A stretch of 64,000 nt of DNA from an uncultured Gammaproteobacteria bacterium (GTDB lineage: Bacteria > Patescibacteriota > Microgenomatia > Levybacterales > UBA12049), in NCBI GenBank assembly GCA_964512695.1, contig CAZEJU010000005.1, positions 5,668 to 69,667 of the forward strand. Direction: 5' to 3'. The notes under the pieces are model-generated. The model ran no database searches, had not been told where the DNA came from, and saw only the letters and a program-made list of their open reading frames with translations. Positions 47,532 to 57,606 of this stretch are shown piece after piece (position 1 is the stretch's first letter; each line of letters begins with the position of its first letter). The position numbers were made by a program, and so were the translations under genes.

Positions 47532-48725
47532 ATGAATGTAACTCCAAAAAAAATTGTAGTTTTTGGCTTTATTGCTGTATTACTAGTTGGAATTCCTGTA
47601 TCCTTATATCTTTTACAACAACAACAAGAAACACGATCTCAAGCTGAAAAATCAACCACATTATCATTTTTACCTGAATCCACAACAACTACTCCTATTA
47701 AAAAAGCAGTAAACGATGAAATTACACTTGATGTTCAGGTTAATCCAGGTAAAAATGTTGTGTCTTTCGTAAAGCTTGAAATTCAATACGACGAAACAAA
47801 ATTAGCAACAGCTGCAGCAGATAGTTTTCGCGTAAATGAAACAGCCTTCCCCATAACCCTTGAAGGTCCAGCTTTTTCTCCAGGTAAAATAGCTGTAACA
47901 TTATCGATAGGTTCGGATCCAACCAAAGCTATACAAACTATTACCAGAGCAGCTACAATAAAATTAAAAGCAAAGGCAAACACAGGTAGCACGCCAACGA
48001 ATGTTATATTTGGAAATAATACAGAAATACTATCTATAGGAGAAACTGATCAAGCGCAGGAAAATGTTTTATTAAATGTTAATCCTGCGGTAATAGAAAT
48101 AGGAGGAACTGCACCTATTACACCTTCTGTATCCGTAACATTAGCACCAAGTGTAACAGTAGCACCTACTACCCCACCAGTACCTACATCGCCTCCTCCA
48201 GTCACCCAACCAACTGCTGTTCCATCACCAGGACCAACAACGATTAATCAACTTCCTATCTGTAGTACTCTTACTATCGATAGAGCGACAACAGGAGCTG
48301 CACCTTATTCTGTAACTTTTACAGCAACAGGAACTGATGCTGATGGTACAATTAGCAAAGTTACATTTAATTATGGTGATGGGCCTGTAGAACCTGTTTT
48401 AAGTACTGGAGGGATAGGAACAAATAGTGTTAGCGTTCAACGTTCTCACACATATAACAATGCTGGTACGTATCAAGCATCGGCAACTCTTACCGATAGT
48501 GCAAATGGGGTAAATGACCCCAGCACATGTAAAGTAACTATCATAGTACAAGGAGTACCTACGGGGACCGGTAGCGGGGGAACAACACCAGTATCAGGCT
48601 CAACTTCAACACCAAAACCTACAGTATCTATCGATAAGCCAGGTCCTGGAGATACAATACTTGGAGCAGGCGCTATTGCATTACTTATAACAGTTATCGG
48701 AGGCTTCCTATTCTTCGCCATGTAG
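47532..48725 (+). CDS. Surface protein: N-terminal TM, cohesin-like domain, P/T linker, PKD domain, C-terminal TM
   Basis: LYLLQQQQETRSQA; VSFVKLEIQYDETKL (cohesin-like); FNYGDG...HTYNNAGTYQA (PKD); KPGPGD followed by a hydrophobic tail. Confidence 0.8.
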   Translation: MNVTPKKIVVFGFIAVLLVGIPVSLYLLQQQQETRSQAEKSTTLSFLPESTTTTPIKKAVNDEITLDVQVNPGKNVVSFVKLEIQYDETKLATAAADSFRVNETAFPITLEGPAFSPGKIAVTLSIGSDPTKAIQTITRAATIKLKAKANTGSTPTNVIFGNNTEILSIGETDQAQENVLLNVNPAVIEIGGTAPITPSVSVTLAPSVTVAPTTPPVPTSPPPVTQPTAVPSPGPTTINQLPICSTLTIDRATTGAAPYSVTFTATGTDADGTISKVTFNYGDGPVEPVLSTGGIGTNSVSVQRSHTYNNAGTYQASATLTDSANGVNDPSTCKVTIIVQGVPTGTGSGGTTPVSGSTSTPKPTVSIDKPGPGDTILGAGAIALLITVIGGFLFFAM

Positions 48726-48795
48726 ACGAGAATTAATATATTCGTTGAGTGGTAACTTTTTCTATTGAAGGATCTTAGACTTAACTTCTTAAATG

Positions 48796-50523
48796 CTATT
48801 TCTCAATCATGGAGAACAAAGCTTCTTGAGGGAGACTAACTTTACCCGTAGCTATCATGCGTTTTTTTCCTTTTTTCTGTGCTTCAAGAAGTTTATCTTT
48901 ACGAGTTCTATCTCCACCACTCATTTTTGCAAGAACATCTTTTCTAAATGGAGGAATTTCTTCACGAGCTACTATATTATTATCTACAGTTGCCTGAATA
49001 ATCTGTCTAAATTGTTGTCGTGGTAATGATTCTTTCAATTTACCTGTTTTCTCCCGTGCGATATACAAAGCTTCGTCTTTATAGACGAGTTCTGAAAGAA
49101 CATCAATTGGATTTGTATTAATTAATATTTGAAGATATGTCAGATTTGCAGGTTTATAGTCGCTTAACTCATAATCAATACTTGCATACCCTGCAGAAAC
49201 TGATTTCAGATCTGAAGATAGACCTCTGATAAACATACTGTAAGGCATTTCATATGTGAGAACAGCATATGCCTCATGATACTGCATATCGGTTAACTCA
49301 CCCTTTTTCTTTTGACACACAGCCATAACTCCGCCGACGTAATCTCGTGGTACATAAACAGATAACATCATATAAGGTTCAAGCATTGTTTCATTTTCCT
49401 CTTTTTTATAGAGTACCTGTGGCATAGTAAGCAATAATTCCAGTCCAAACTCTTGTTCTAAACGTTCTTTAACAATCTCTGCATGGAGTAGTCCAAGAAA
49501 ACCTACTCTGAAACCACTACCTAAATATGCAGAATATTCTTCAGTGTATGTAAGCGCAGTATCATTTAACACTAACTTTCCGAGTGACTCCCGAAGTTTA
49601 GGAAAGTCGTCTTGGTTTTTAGGATAGATTCCAAAAAAGACCATCGGTTTAGGAGTTGTATAACCTGGTAGTGGTTCTACCATTTCTCCCACTTTCATTA
49701 CAGTGTCCCCGACGCGACACTGTCTAATATCCTTAATACCTGTAATAATATAGCCGATTTCACCAGCTGCGAGTTCTTTAGCAGGCGTCAAAAATGGAGA
49801 GAAATATCCCACTTCCGTAACAATAGTTTTTACACCACTCTGAAATAACGTTACCTCATCACCAGTTTTAACTGAACCGTCCATAACGCGAACATACGTA
49901 ACAACCCCTCGATACTCATCATAAACAGCATCGAATATTAATGAGCGTAACTGTTTAGCTTCATTTCCGACGGGAGGAGGAATCTTTTTTATAACGTGTT
50001 GCAGTAACGTTTCGACATTTTCACCAGTTTTTGCGGAAATAGTAAGAATTTCTTCTGGCTGAAATCCAAATGATTCAATAAGCTCTTTCATAACCACTTC
50101 AGTCTGTGCATTAGGCAAATCAATTTTATTTAATACTGGAATTAACCGTAAATCTTCTTTCTTAGCGGCATAAAAATGCGCAACCGTTTGGGCTTGAATT
50201 CCTTGAGTAGCATCTACTAGAAGAACTGCGCCTTCACACGCAGCTAATGTACGAGAGACTTCATACGAAAAATCAACATGCCCTGGAGTATCTATTAAAT
50301 GTAACTCATATGTAACCCCTTCATATTCATAGCTCATGCGGACAGGTGCTAATTTTATCGTAATTCCTCTCTCCCTACTTATAGGATTTTGATCGAGAAA
50401 TTGTTCCTGCATTTTATCTTTAGAAATTGTTTTTGTAATCTCTAATAATCTGTCAGAAAGCGTAGATTTTCCATGATCTATATGTGCAATAATCGCAAAA
50501 TTTCTAATATGTTCTTGATTCAT
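48796..50523 (-). CDS. lepA: Elongation factor 4 (LepA)
   Basis: IAHIDHGKSTL, RERGITIK, DTPGHVDF, NKID, GFLGLLH, LPRQQF, GGDRTRKDKLL. Confidence 0.97.
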   Translation of the reverse strand: MNQEHIRNFAIIAHIDHGKSTLSDRLLEITKTISKDKMQEQFLDQNPISRERGITIKLAPVRMSYEYEGVTYELHLIDTPGHVDFSYEVSRTLAACEGAVLLVDATQGIQAQTVAHFYAAKKEDLRLIPVLNKIDLPNAQTEVVMKELIESFGFQPEEILTISAKTGENVETLLQHVIKKIPPPVGNEAKQLRSLIFDAVYDEYRGVVTYVRVMDGSVKTGDEVTLFQSGVKTIVTEVGYFSPFLTPAKELAAGEIGYIITGIKDIRQCRVGDTVMKVGEMVEPLPGYTTPKPMVFFGIYPKNQDDFPKLRESLGKLVLNDTALTYTEEYSAYLGSGFRVGFLGLLHAEIVKERLEQEFGLELLLTMPQVLYKKEENETMLEPYMMLSVYVPRDYVGGVMAVCQKKKGELTDMQYHEAYAVLTYEMPYSMFIRGLSSDLKSVSAGYASIDYELSDYKPANLTYLQILINTNPIDVLSELVYKDEALYIAREKTGKLKESLPRQQFRQIIQATVDNNIVAREEIPPFRKDVLAKMSGGDRTRKDKLLEAQKKGKKRMIATGKVSLPQEALFSMIEK

Positions 50524-50597
50524 ATGCTGTTAATTGTATACTACCAGCCTTTCGTTTTGCAAAAATGTGATATGCGAAGTTATCTAAAAAATCTGAA

Positions 50598-52442
50598 TTA
50601 CTTAGGCACACACTGAAGATTCACGAGTTGGAGAGCTTTGCTTGAACTTGATACAGAAGGCTGCCTACATTCATACGCACTGCCTACAGGACCTGGAGGA
50701 ACATTCGTAGGAACAATTGGTTGTTGGTCTTCTCCGTCATGGATACCTATGGAAAGTGTCTGCTCATTTTGGTCTTCTGTAATCTCAAAAGGATCTGATA
50801 AAGCAGCCACTTTACCGCCTATCCGGACAATAATTCTATAATGACCAGGTACAATAATTAAATAACAATATCCATCACTACTTGTCGTTGCTGTAGGGGA
50901 ATACATCCTTTTTGGAAATATAGTGAACTCGGCACCCGATACACCTTTTTCACCTGCGTCGGCTTGTCCATTTTTATTAGCATCAGAAAAAACGAAACAT
51001 CGAAACCGAACTACAAGCCGACGTGGACGTTGGGTAGGTGTAGGAGGAATCTGGGTTACCGTCGCTGTAGGCTGAGGGGTAACTGTTAGCGTCGCTGAAG
51101 GCCTTGGAGTCAATGTCGGAGTGCTACCAGGCGGAGGCGTAGTTGTAGCTGTCGGTACAGGTGTGTTAGTAACAGTCACACCTCCACAAGCAGGATCATC
51201 TAATATTTTTTTCATATTTAAACGCTTTCCGCCTAAAGAAGTATCTATAGGATCTCCATTACGCACAAGACAATCTAGAACCTGATCTGGTGTTAATGAT
51301 TTCTGTGAGAGTAATAAGGCCACAGCCCCCGCTACATGCGGAGATGCCATAGATGTTCCTTGCAGGCTTTTATATCCTCCTCCCTTATACGTAGACACTA
51401 TAGTAGTACCTGGAGCCCCGATCTCTACTTTAGATCCATAGTTAGAAAATGATGCTCTCCTGTCATTCTGATCTGTAGCACCTACAGTAATAACTCCATT
51501 ACATGAAGCAGGTGTAAATGCACCAGCATCTGTCCCATCATTCCCCGCAGCTACAACAACTACTGTCCCCTGGCTACGAGCATAATTTACAGCATTTTGA
51601 TAAACGGACGCACACGGACCCCGTCCTCCCAAACTCATGTTTATTACTTTTGCACCATTTTTTGCAGCCCACTCAATACCTCTACTAATACCCGATGAAG
51701 GACCAGAACCATTATCTCCCAATACTTGAACAGCCATTAACCTAACATCCCAATTAATACCGCTTACCCCAGTAGAATTATTTGTCAAAGCACCAACTGT
51801 ACCTGAGACATGTGTCCCATGTCCTTGTCTGTCAATAGGATCTCCGTCAGCAGATGTGAAATCCGGACCTTTTATAATGTCCCTTGGTAAATCTGGATGA
51901 TTATAATCTACTCCAGTATCTAATATTGCCGCTATAATAGCTTTTCCACCAGTAGTTTTATCCCAAGCTTCCTCTAAACCAATTTTTTTATAATGCCACT
52001 GTTGTGCATAATATTGATCATTCGGCAACTTCGTAGCCTTAACTATTACATCTACCTCGACAGATTTAATTTCTTCATAGTCTATTATTATATTTCCAAC
52101 TTTCTCTAAATCTGTTCCTTTTTTAAATTCTAAAATATAGAAATTTTTTAATTGTGCGTCATCGCCATTGAATAATTTTTTATGTCCAATAACTCCTATA
52201 TTATTAAATTTTTGTTTTATTACTTCTGGACTCTTACCTTCTACAAATTCTACAAGGAGTCTGTCAGAGACATACTCTACTCCCTCAGCGATAAAAAAAG
52301 TTTTTCTGGGTACTTTCTTTCCTGTCTGTGCCAATGAAGTTACTAATAACACTAAAATACTAAAAGCTACCAATATGAATATAATTATCCACTTTTTATT
52401 TAAAGTCTGCAGTTTAGACATATCTATTTCATTGTTACACAT
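50598..52442 (-). CDS. Membrane-anchored S8 subtilisin-like protease with P/T linker and SdrD-B-like domain
   Basis: Triad ILDTG / HGTHVSG / GTSMASPH; propeptide; VFSDANKNGQADAGEKGVSG. Confidence 0.92.
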   Translation of the reverse strand: MCNNEIDMSKLQTLNKKWIIIFILVAFSILVLLVTSLAQTGKKVPRKTFFIAEGVEYVSDRLLVEFVEGKSPEVIKQKFNNIGVIGHKKLFNGDDAQLKNFYILEFKKGTDLEKVGNIIIDYEEIKSVEVDVIVKATKLPNDQYYAQQWHYKKIGLEEAWDKTTGGKAIIAAILDTGVDYNHPDLPRDIIKGPDFTSADGDPIDRQGHGTHVSGTVGALTNNSTGVSGINWDVRLMAVQVLGDNGSGPSSGISRGIEWAAKNGAKVINMSLGGRGPCASVYQNAVNYARSQGTVVVVAAGNDGTDAGAFTPASCNGVITVGATDQNDRRASFSNYGSKVEIGAPGTTIVSTYKGGGYKSLQGTSMASPHVAGAVALLLSQKSLTPDQVLDCLVRNGDPIDTSLGGKRLNMKKILDDPACGGVTVTNTPVPTATTTPPPGSTPTLTPRPSATLTVTPQPTATVTQIPPTPTQRPRRLVVRFRCFVFSDANKNGQADAGEKGVSGAEFTIFPKRMYSPTATTSSDGYCYLIIVPGHYRIIVRIGGKVAALSDPFEITEDQNEQTLSIGIHDGEDQQPIVPTNVPPGPVGSAYECRQPSVSSSSKALQLVNLQCVPK

Positions 52443-52465
52443 GTATAAATGTTTTGTAAAGTTTG

Positions 52466-53944
52466 CTAGTTACGTGGTGTACAAATGAGATTAATCATCT
52501 GCAAAGCTTTCTTATTCGCCGTTCCTGGAGGCAAGATGCATTGATAACCAGGGTCACCCGGTAGCCCAACTACCGGTGTAAGCGTAGGAGTTGCTAAAGG
52601 AGTCGGAGTAGGAGTTGCTCTACTGACAGTACATGCGGAATCACTAACAAGTCTTTCTACGTTTAACCGTTTTCCGATTGGCTTATCTGTTGAAATAGAA
52701 TCTGCATTTCTTACTATGCAATCTTCTACTTGCTGTGGAGTAAGATACGGATTAAGAGAAAGTAATAATGCTGCTGCTCCTGTTACATGGGGAGCAGCCA
52801 TGGATGTTCCTTCCCACTCAAAATATTTTAACCCACCTAATGATCGTGATCTTGTCGAATAAGTCGAGTATATTTTTACTCCCGGTGCTGCTACGTCTAC
52901 GACAGAACCGAAATTAGAGAACGAAGCACGTTCATCAGATTGTGTACTCGCACCTACCGTTATGACATTATTACAATTAGCAGGCACCTGACCCGCTGCA
53001 TCTTCACCATCATTTCCTGCAGATACCACCACTATAACATTCTTTCGAATAGCATAATCAATCGCATCCTGAAAGAGACTTAAGCATCGTTCTTTGTACC
53101 CCAAACTTAAATTAAGTACTCGTGCGCCATTATCCACTGCATAATTCATTCCACGCGCCACTTCAAGCTTACTACCACTACCATTCCAGTAAAGGACCTG
53201 AACTGCCATCAAACGAATATTCCAATTCATTCCTGTTACTCCTTTACCATTATTTGCTACAGCACCTATGACACCTGCTAAGTGAGTACCATGACCGTTC
53301 TCGTCCATAGAGTCTCTATCCCCACTATTCCAGCTCGTATCTTCACCGTTAATTATGTCACTCGGTAGGTCTTCATGAGTATAATCTATTCCTGTATCCA
53401 GTACAGCAACTATGATATTCTTTGATCCAGTAGCTATATCCCATGCATCTTCCATTCCTATCTTTGACATATTCCATAAACGAGATCCATAAGAGGGATC
53501 GTTGGGAGATATATCTATTTTAATAACTGCATCGCCTTCTATAGTTTCTATCTCTTCCATTTTTTCAAGCTGCTTCCCAGCTTGTTCTAAAGTAACTCCT
53601 TTGGCTAAAAATAGCGCATAATAATTCTTCATAGGACCATCTATATCTTTATATACCCTCTCCTGTTTCTCGACTCCAGCATCAAGAAGCTTTTGAAGAA
53701 CACTTTTCTTTTTCGCAGTTTCCATGATATCGTCTGGACTATAACCTTCTTTAAAACGAACTAGTAGCCTATCAGGGATATATTTTGTACCCTGCTCAAG
53801 TTTCAAAAGCTTTTTATGGGAATTTTGATTTTTAGTATCAGAAGAAACAATCGTAGATACATAAATAACAAAACAAAAAATAAGAATTAAAAAAATAAAA
53901 AAGATTAACCGTTTTGATTGTAATAACTGCAATATTTGTTCCAT
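52466..53944 (-). CDS. Membrane-anchored S8 subtilisin-like protease (paralogue of the neighbour)
   Basis: Triad VLDTG / HGTHLAG / GTSMAAPH; N-terminal TM. Confidence 0.92.
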   Translation of the reverse strand: MEQILQLLQSKRLIFFIFLILIFCFVIYVSTIVSSDTKNQNSHKKLLKLEQGTKYIPDRLLVRFKEGYSPDDIMETAKKKSVLQKLLDAGVEKQERVYKDIDGPMKNYYALFLAKGVTLEQAGKQLEKMEEIETIEGDAVIKIDISPNDPSYGSRLWNMSKIGMEDAWDIATGSKNIIVAVLDTGIDYTHEDLPSDIINGEDTSWNSGDRDSMDENGHGTHLAGVIGAVANNGKGVTGMNWNIRLMAVQVLYWNGSGSKLEVARGMNYAVDNGARVLNLSLGYKERCLSLFQDAIDYAIRKNVIVVVSAGNDGEDAAGQVPANCNNVITVGASTQSDERASFSNFGSVVDVAAPGVKIYSTYSTRSRSLGGLKYFEWEGTSMAAPHVTGAAALLLSLNPYLTPQQVEDCIVRNADSISTDKPIGKRLNVERLVSDSACTVSRATPTPTPLATPTLTPVVGLPGDPGYQCILPPGTANKKALQMINLICTPRN

Positions 53945-53972
53945 GATATACCCATCAGCTTATTGCTTTCAA

Positions 53973-56900
53973 TTATTTAGTTGAAGTCGTTGGCACTGCC
54001 ATGGTTTGATTTTGTTGGACATTATTTTGGGAAACTGGAATCTGAACACTAGTAGAATCATTTTTTTCTATTTCTCCTAAAACAAATTTTCCAGCTTCTA
54101 ATTTAGATGTAAGATAAGCTTTTGTTTCCAAAAGACTAAACCCTCCTAAAAGAATCAAAGGTAGTACAGAAGACAATCTTTGTATTCCTGCATTTACATC
54201 ACTTTTATTTTCTGAACTTAAAAGACCGAGTATTTCATTTATTATATTTATATCTCCTAAAATCCATGTTTTTCTATCAACGCCAGTTGGAGGTTCATTT
54301 AGTTGATAATGTTCTATCCACTCTTTTTTTACAGCTTCATAATCTTCTATACTTACTTGTTGAAGCTGATTCGTCGAGGGGAGAAAGATATGCTCTGGGT
54401 TATTTATATCTTTTGTTTTTGCCATTTGTTCAGAAGCATGTAAGAGAGCATCTGCTGTCGAGTTTCCTTGGTTTTTATCCTGAATAAGTTTCTCATGTAC
54501 TTCTTTTATTTTTTCTTTTTGATTTTCTAAAACAGTCTGATCAGGTTCTGACAATGAAATAAGAATGTTTTTTAATTTTTCAAGTTCATTCTTCTCAGCA
54601 GTTTTTGATGTTACTGTTGCATAATCAAACCGTGCTATATCTCGCATTGACGGAATTGACATATTAATCATTGTTACATAGACGTTCTCAGGTGCTTTTT
54701 GAGGTTTTGAAGCAGCTAATGAATCAAGCGATGAAGATTCAATATCATCTTCTTCAGGTAAGTTTACTGCTTGTGCTTGAGCTTTTTCAGCATGTTGGGA
54801 ATTTGTGGAAGTTTTAACCGTAACTAATGTGTCTTCTTCTTCCTCCTTTACCCTTATTTCCTCAAGTACGGTTTTACCTGCTTCACTCTTTGCACGTAAA
54901 TACGCTACAATCTCATCTTTTGTGAATCCCCCGAGTAATAAGAAAGGTAAAATATTTCCAACCTGTTCCATTCCTTGTTCAATCTGTGCAGGATTATCCG
55001 AACTCAACAACGTCATAATCTCGTTAATTTGAGCAATATCTCCCTCGATCGTTTTCTTCTTGTTTAAAGAACTCTCTTCTTCCATATTCTTATAATTCTC
55101 TACCCACATCTTTTTAACTGCTTCATAATCTTCTAAACTGACTTGCTGTATTCTATTATTCTGCGGAAGTATAGTCGCTGAAGGAGTAATAATAGTTGCT
55201 TGTGCGGCAACTATTGTCAGCATATCGACAGCGAGTAAATCTCCTTTTTCCTTTGCTTCAACGAGTTTTTCTTTAATTGTTTGCATTTCTTGAGGCGTGG
55301 CTCTGTTTCCTGACACATCTAATATTCCTGAAAGTAGAAAACTAGCAAGTTGGCTTCCTTGTTTTTGAGCTTCAATTAATTTATCTTTTACCTTTGTGAA
55401 TCTGTCTTTCTCTTTAACCTCTGTTAGGATAGAAGGATTATCCAATTTCATTAAAGTCGTTTGTAAAGCACCCGTATCTACTTGAGTGATAGCCTTAGAT
55501 AAAATAGAGTTTGCAGCTTTATCGCCATTGAGACTTGCTTCTATTAATTTTTCTTTAATATCTCTTAACTGTTCACCTTTTAAGGTAGTTGTATCTTTAT
55601 TGGAAGAAAGCTCTTTTGTTGAAGAGAGAATCGTAGTCGCCAGTTCATTGCCTTGTTGACTTTCTTTTATAAGAACTTCTCTTAGTTCTTTTAATTTTTC
55701 TTTTTCTTGAGAAGACTCAACTTTTTCTGGATTAGCAATTTGTGTCAGAACATTATTAATTCCGCTATTGATCTGGTGATTCATGTTCATAATGTTAGAA
55801 TTTGAGGCTATATTAGCCGCGTGAAGAATGGAATTTGCTACATTATTACCCTGCTGACTAGTTTGAACTAATCTATCACGAATCTTCGTAATTCTCTCTC
55901 TGTCTAGGGTATTCGTAACAATTGTAGGATTTGCTACCTGGATCAAAGTCTCACGCATGCGGGTCACCTCAGATTGACTACGCGTATCGCTAGATCTACT
56001 TAATGTCTCATATTTAGCGATATCGCGAATTGTAGGAATAGAAAGGTTGGTCAAATTCAGCAGCTCATTATTTACAAAGTTTTGTCTTAACAAGTCTTGG
56101 TTTACCTGCTGAGTAGATGAATTAACATTCGCAATCGGAAGCTGCAAAGCTTGACCTGCACCTTTTGGAAGTTCAGGAATCGCATATTGTTTAAAAGGTA
56201 AACGCGCTGTTCCAGTAGGCTGAGATGGAGGACCCACAGGAGGAATTGCAGGAGGAGGTGTTACACGATTACGAACTATATTAAGTACCTGTTGCATTCC
56301 AGCTCCCTCAGTTGTGAAAAAAGACCAAGCATGATCAAGAAATATTCGTAATAATATCCATGGCACAAGAATAACCATCCATAACATTACTAATGCAACA
56401 AGATATAGAGCAAAAGTATCAGGGTTATTAATACTGTTATCGAGTGCTACTTGTTGCCCAGGCCCTCCTAGAAGAATGTTAATCGAAGTAGGGAATACGA
56501 TTCTTGATTGAGGACTATCCAGATTAAATTGCATAGGAATACGTGTTCTCCATAAAGCAACTAATCCGGCAAGGAAAATTGAAAAAAGTGGACCATATAA
56601 AAGCCACCGAAAGAATTCTCCTACCCAAATCTTCGCAGTATTACGTAATGGATAGTAGAACAATAAAAGAGGGAAAACAGGTGAAACAATAATAAAAAAC
56701 CATAAGATAACCTTTCGGATAATAAGGGTAATAACCATTGTGTAATATGTTAAAGCTGTTATTTTTACGAAAAGTAAAGACATAAAAGCAGATTCAGCAT
56801 TCATATCACCTGATTTTCGAAGACCGAAGAATGGACCATACTGCCAACCTACATACAATAAATCAGTCTGGGAAATACACGTAGGAGGACAAGAACGGTT

Positions 56901-57353
56901 AATATCACTACGAAGAAAAAATCCTTGAACAGCATCAAAACTTTGGTAAATAAATTGAACAAGACTAAAAGAAAAATATATCAATACAAAAACCCAAATA
57001 AAACGAGGTATTACCTTTTTAATCGTCAGACTTTTTCCCCGTGTAGCAATAAGGATAAACGCTGTAGCCATAACAAATAAAATCATAAGAATATAAATTA
57101 AATTTCTTATAAGTGCCCAGAAAGGAAGAATGGGATTTTGGAGTCCCGCTGTTGAAGACGCCCACTGATAATCTCGCAAGGTCCAGTCAAGTAACAAACC
57201 GGAACGAGCCGCATTTTTACCGGTAAAGGTAACTTCAGGATCTACGACCCAAGTATCATCAGGCACTGCTGGAGGTGTCTGCGCGAAAACCGTAAAAGCA
57301 GAAACTACAAAGAGAAAACATGATAAAAACAAAACAGGCAGGAACTTTCTCAT
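53973..57353 (-). CDS. Large membrane protein: VirB6/TrbL-like multi-TM N-terminus plus repetitive helical C-terminal region
   Basis: Signal peptide; WALIRNL...IPRF...FSFSL and RKVILWFFIIVSP..LL..PL....W.GEF pattern; internal domain duplication. Confidence 0.6.
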   Translation of the reverse strand: MRKFLPVLFLSCFLFVVSAFTVFAQTPPAVPDDTWVVDPEVTFTGKNAARSGLLLDWTLRDYQWASSTAGLQNPILPFWALIRNLIYILMILFVMATAFILIATRGKSLTIKKVIPRFIWVFVLIYFSFSLVQFIYQSFDAVQGFFLRSDINRSCPPTCISQTDLLYVGWQYGPFFGLRKSGDMNAESAFMSLLFVKITALTYYTMVITLIIRKVILWFFIIVSPVFPLLLFYYPLRNTAKIWVGEFFRWLLYGPLFSIFLAGLVALWRTRIPMQFNLDSPQSRIVFPTSINILLGGPGQQVALDNSINNPDTFALYLVALVMLWMVILVPWILLRIFLDHAWSFFTTEGAGMQQVLNIVRNRVTPPPAIPPVGPPSQPTGTARLPFKQYAIPELPKGAGQALQLPIANVNSSTQQVNQDLLRQNFVNNELLNLTNLSIPTIRDIAKYETLSRSSDTRSQSEVTRMRETLIQVANPTIVTNTLDRERITKIRDRLVQTSQQGNNVANSILHAANIASNSNIMNMNHQINSGINNVLTQIANPEKVESSQEKEKLKELREVLIKESQQGNELATTILSSTKELSSNKDTTTLKGEQLRDIKEKLIEASLNGDKAANSILSKAITQVDTGALQTTLMKLDNPSILTEVKEKDRFTKVKDKLIEAQKQGSQLASFLLSGILDVSGNRATPQEMQTIKEKLVEAKEKGDLLAVDMLTIVAAQATIITPSATILPQNNRIQQVSLEDYEAVKKMWVENYKNMEEESSLNKKKTIEGDIAQINEIMTLLSSDNPAQIEQGMEQVGNILPFLLLGGFTKDEIVAYLRAKSEAGKTVLEEIRVKEEEEDTLVTVKTSTNSQHAEKAQAQAVNLPEEDDIESSSLDSLAASKPQKAPENVYVTMINMSIPSMRDIARFDYATVTSKTAEKNELEKLKNILISLSEPDQTVLENQKEKIKEVHEKLIQDKNQGNSTADALLHASEQMAKTKDINNPEHIFLPSTNQLQQVSIEDYEAVKKEWIEHYQLNEPPTGVDRKTWILGDINIINEILGLLSSENKSDVNAGIQRLSSVLPLILLGGFSLLETKAYLTSKLEAGKFVLGEIEKNDSTSVQIPVSQNNVQQNQTMAVPTTSTK

Positions 57354-57606
57354 AAAAAGAAGTTATATATCAATTAAAGGTGATATGAGAAGTATTGTCA
57401 AATAAATTTTGCTACACATGAGTCGCATTACTACTAATTATCGTACAGTTGATTTATAATTTAATGAATGAACAATACAGTACATATTATATCCTCTTTA
57501 GCTAAAGAAGTCGGACAATTGTTACTGCTGAAAGTAAAGCAAATGTATACCACATAATTAATTAGTATAACAAAGTTGAGGCTATAGATGTGGTATAATC
57601 ATCATT

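Noticed and set aside
57490-57510. Palindrome CTTTAGCTAAAG between the divergent VirB6-like gene and alaS as an operator
   Set aside because: Single occurrence; a 12-bp palindrome is expected by chance in 64 kb of AT-rich DNA.
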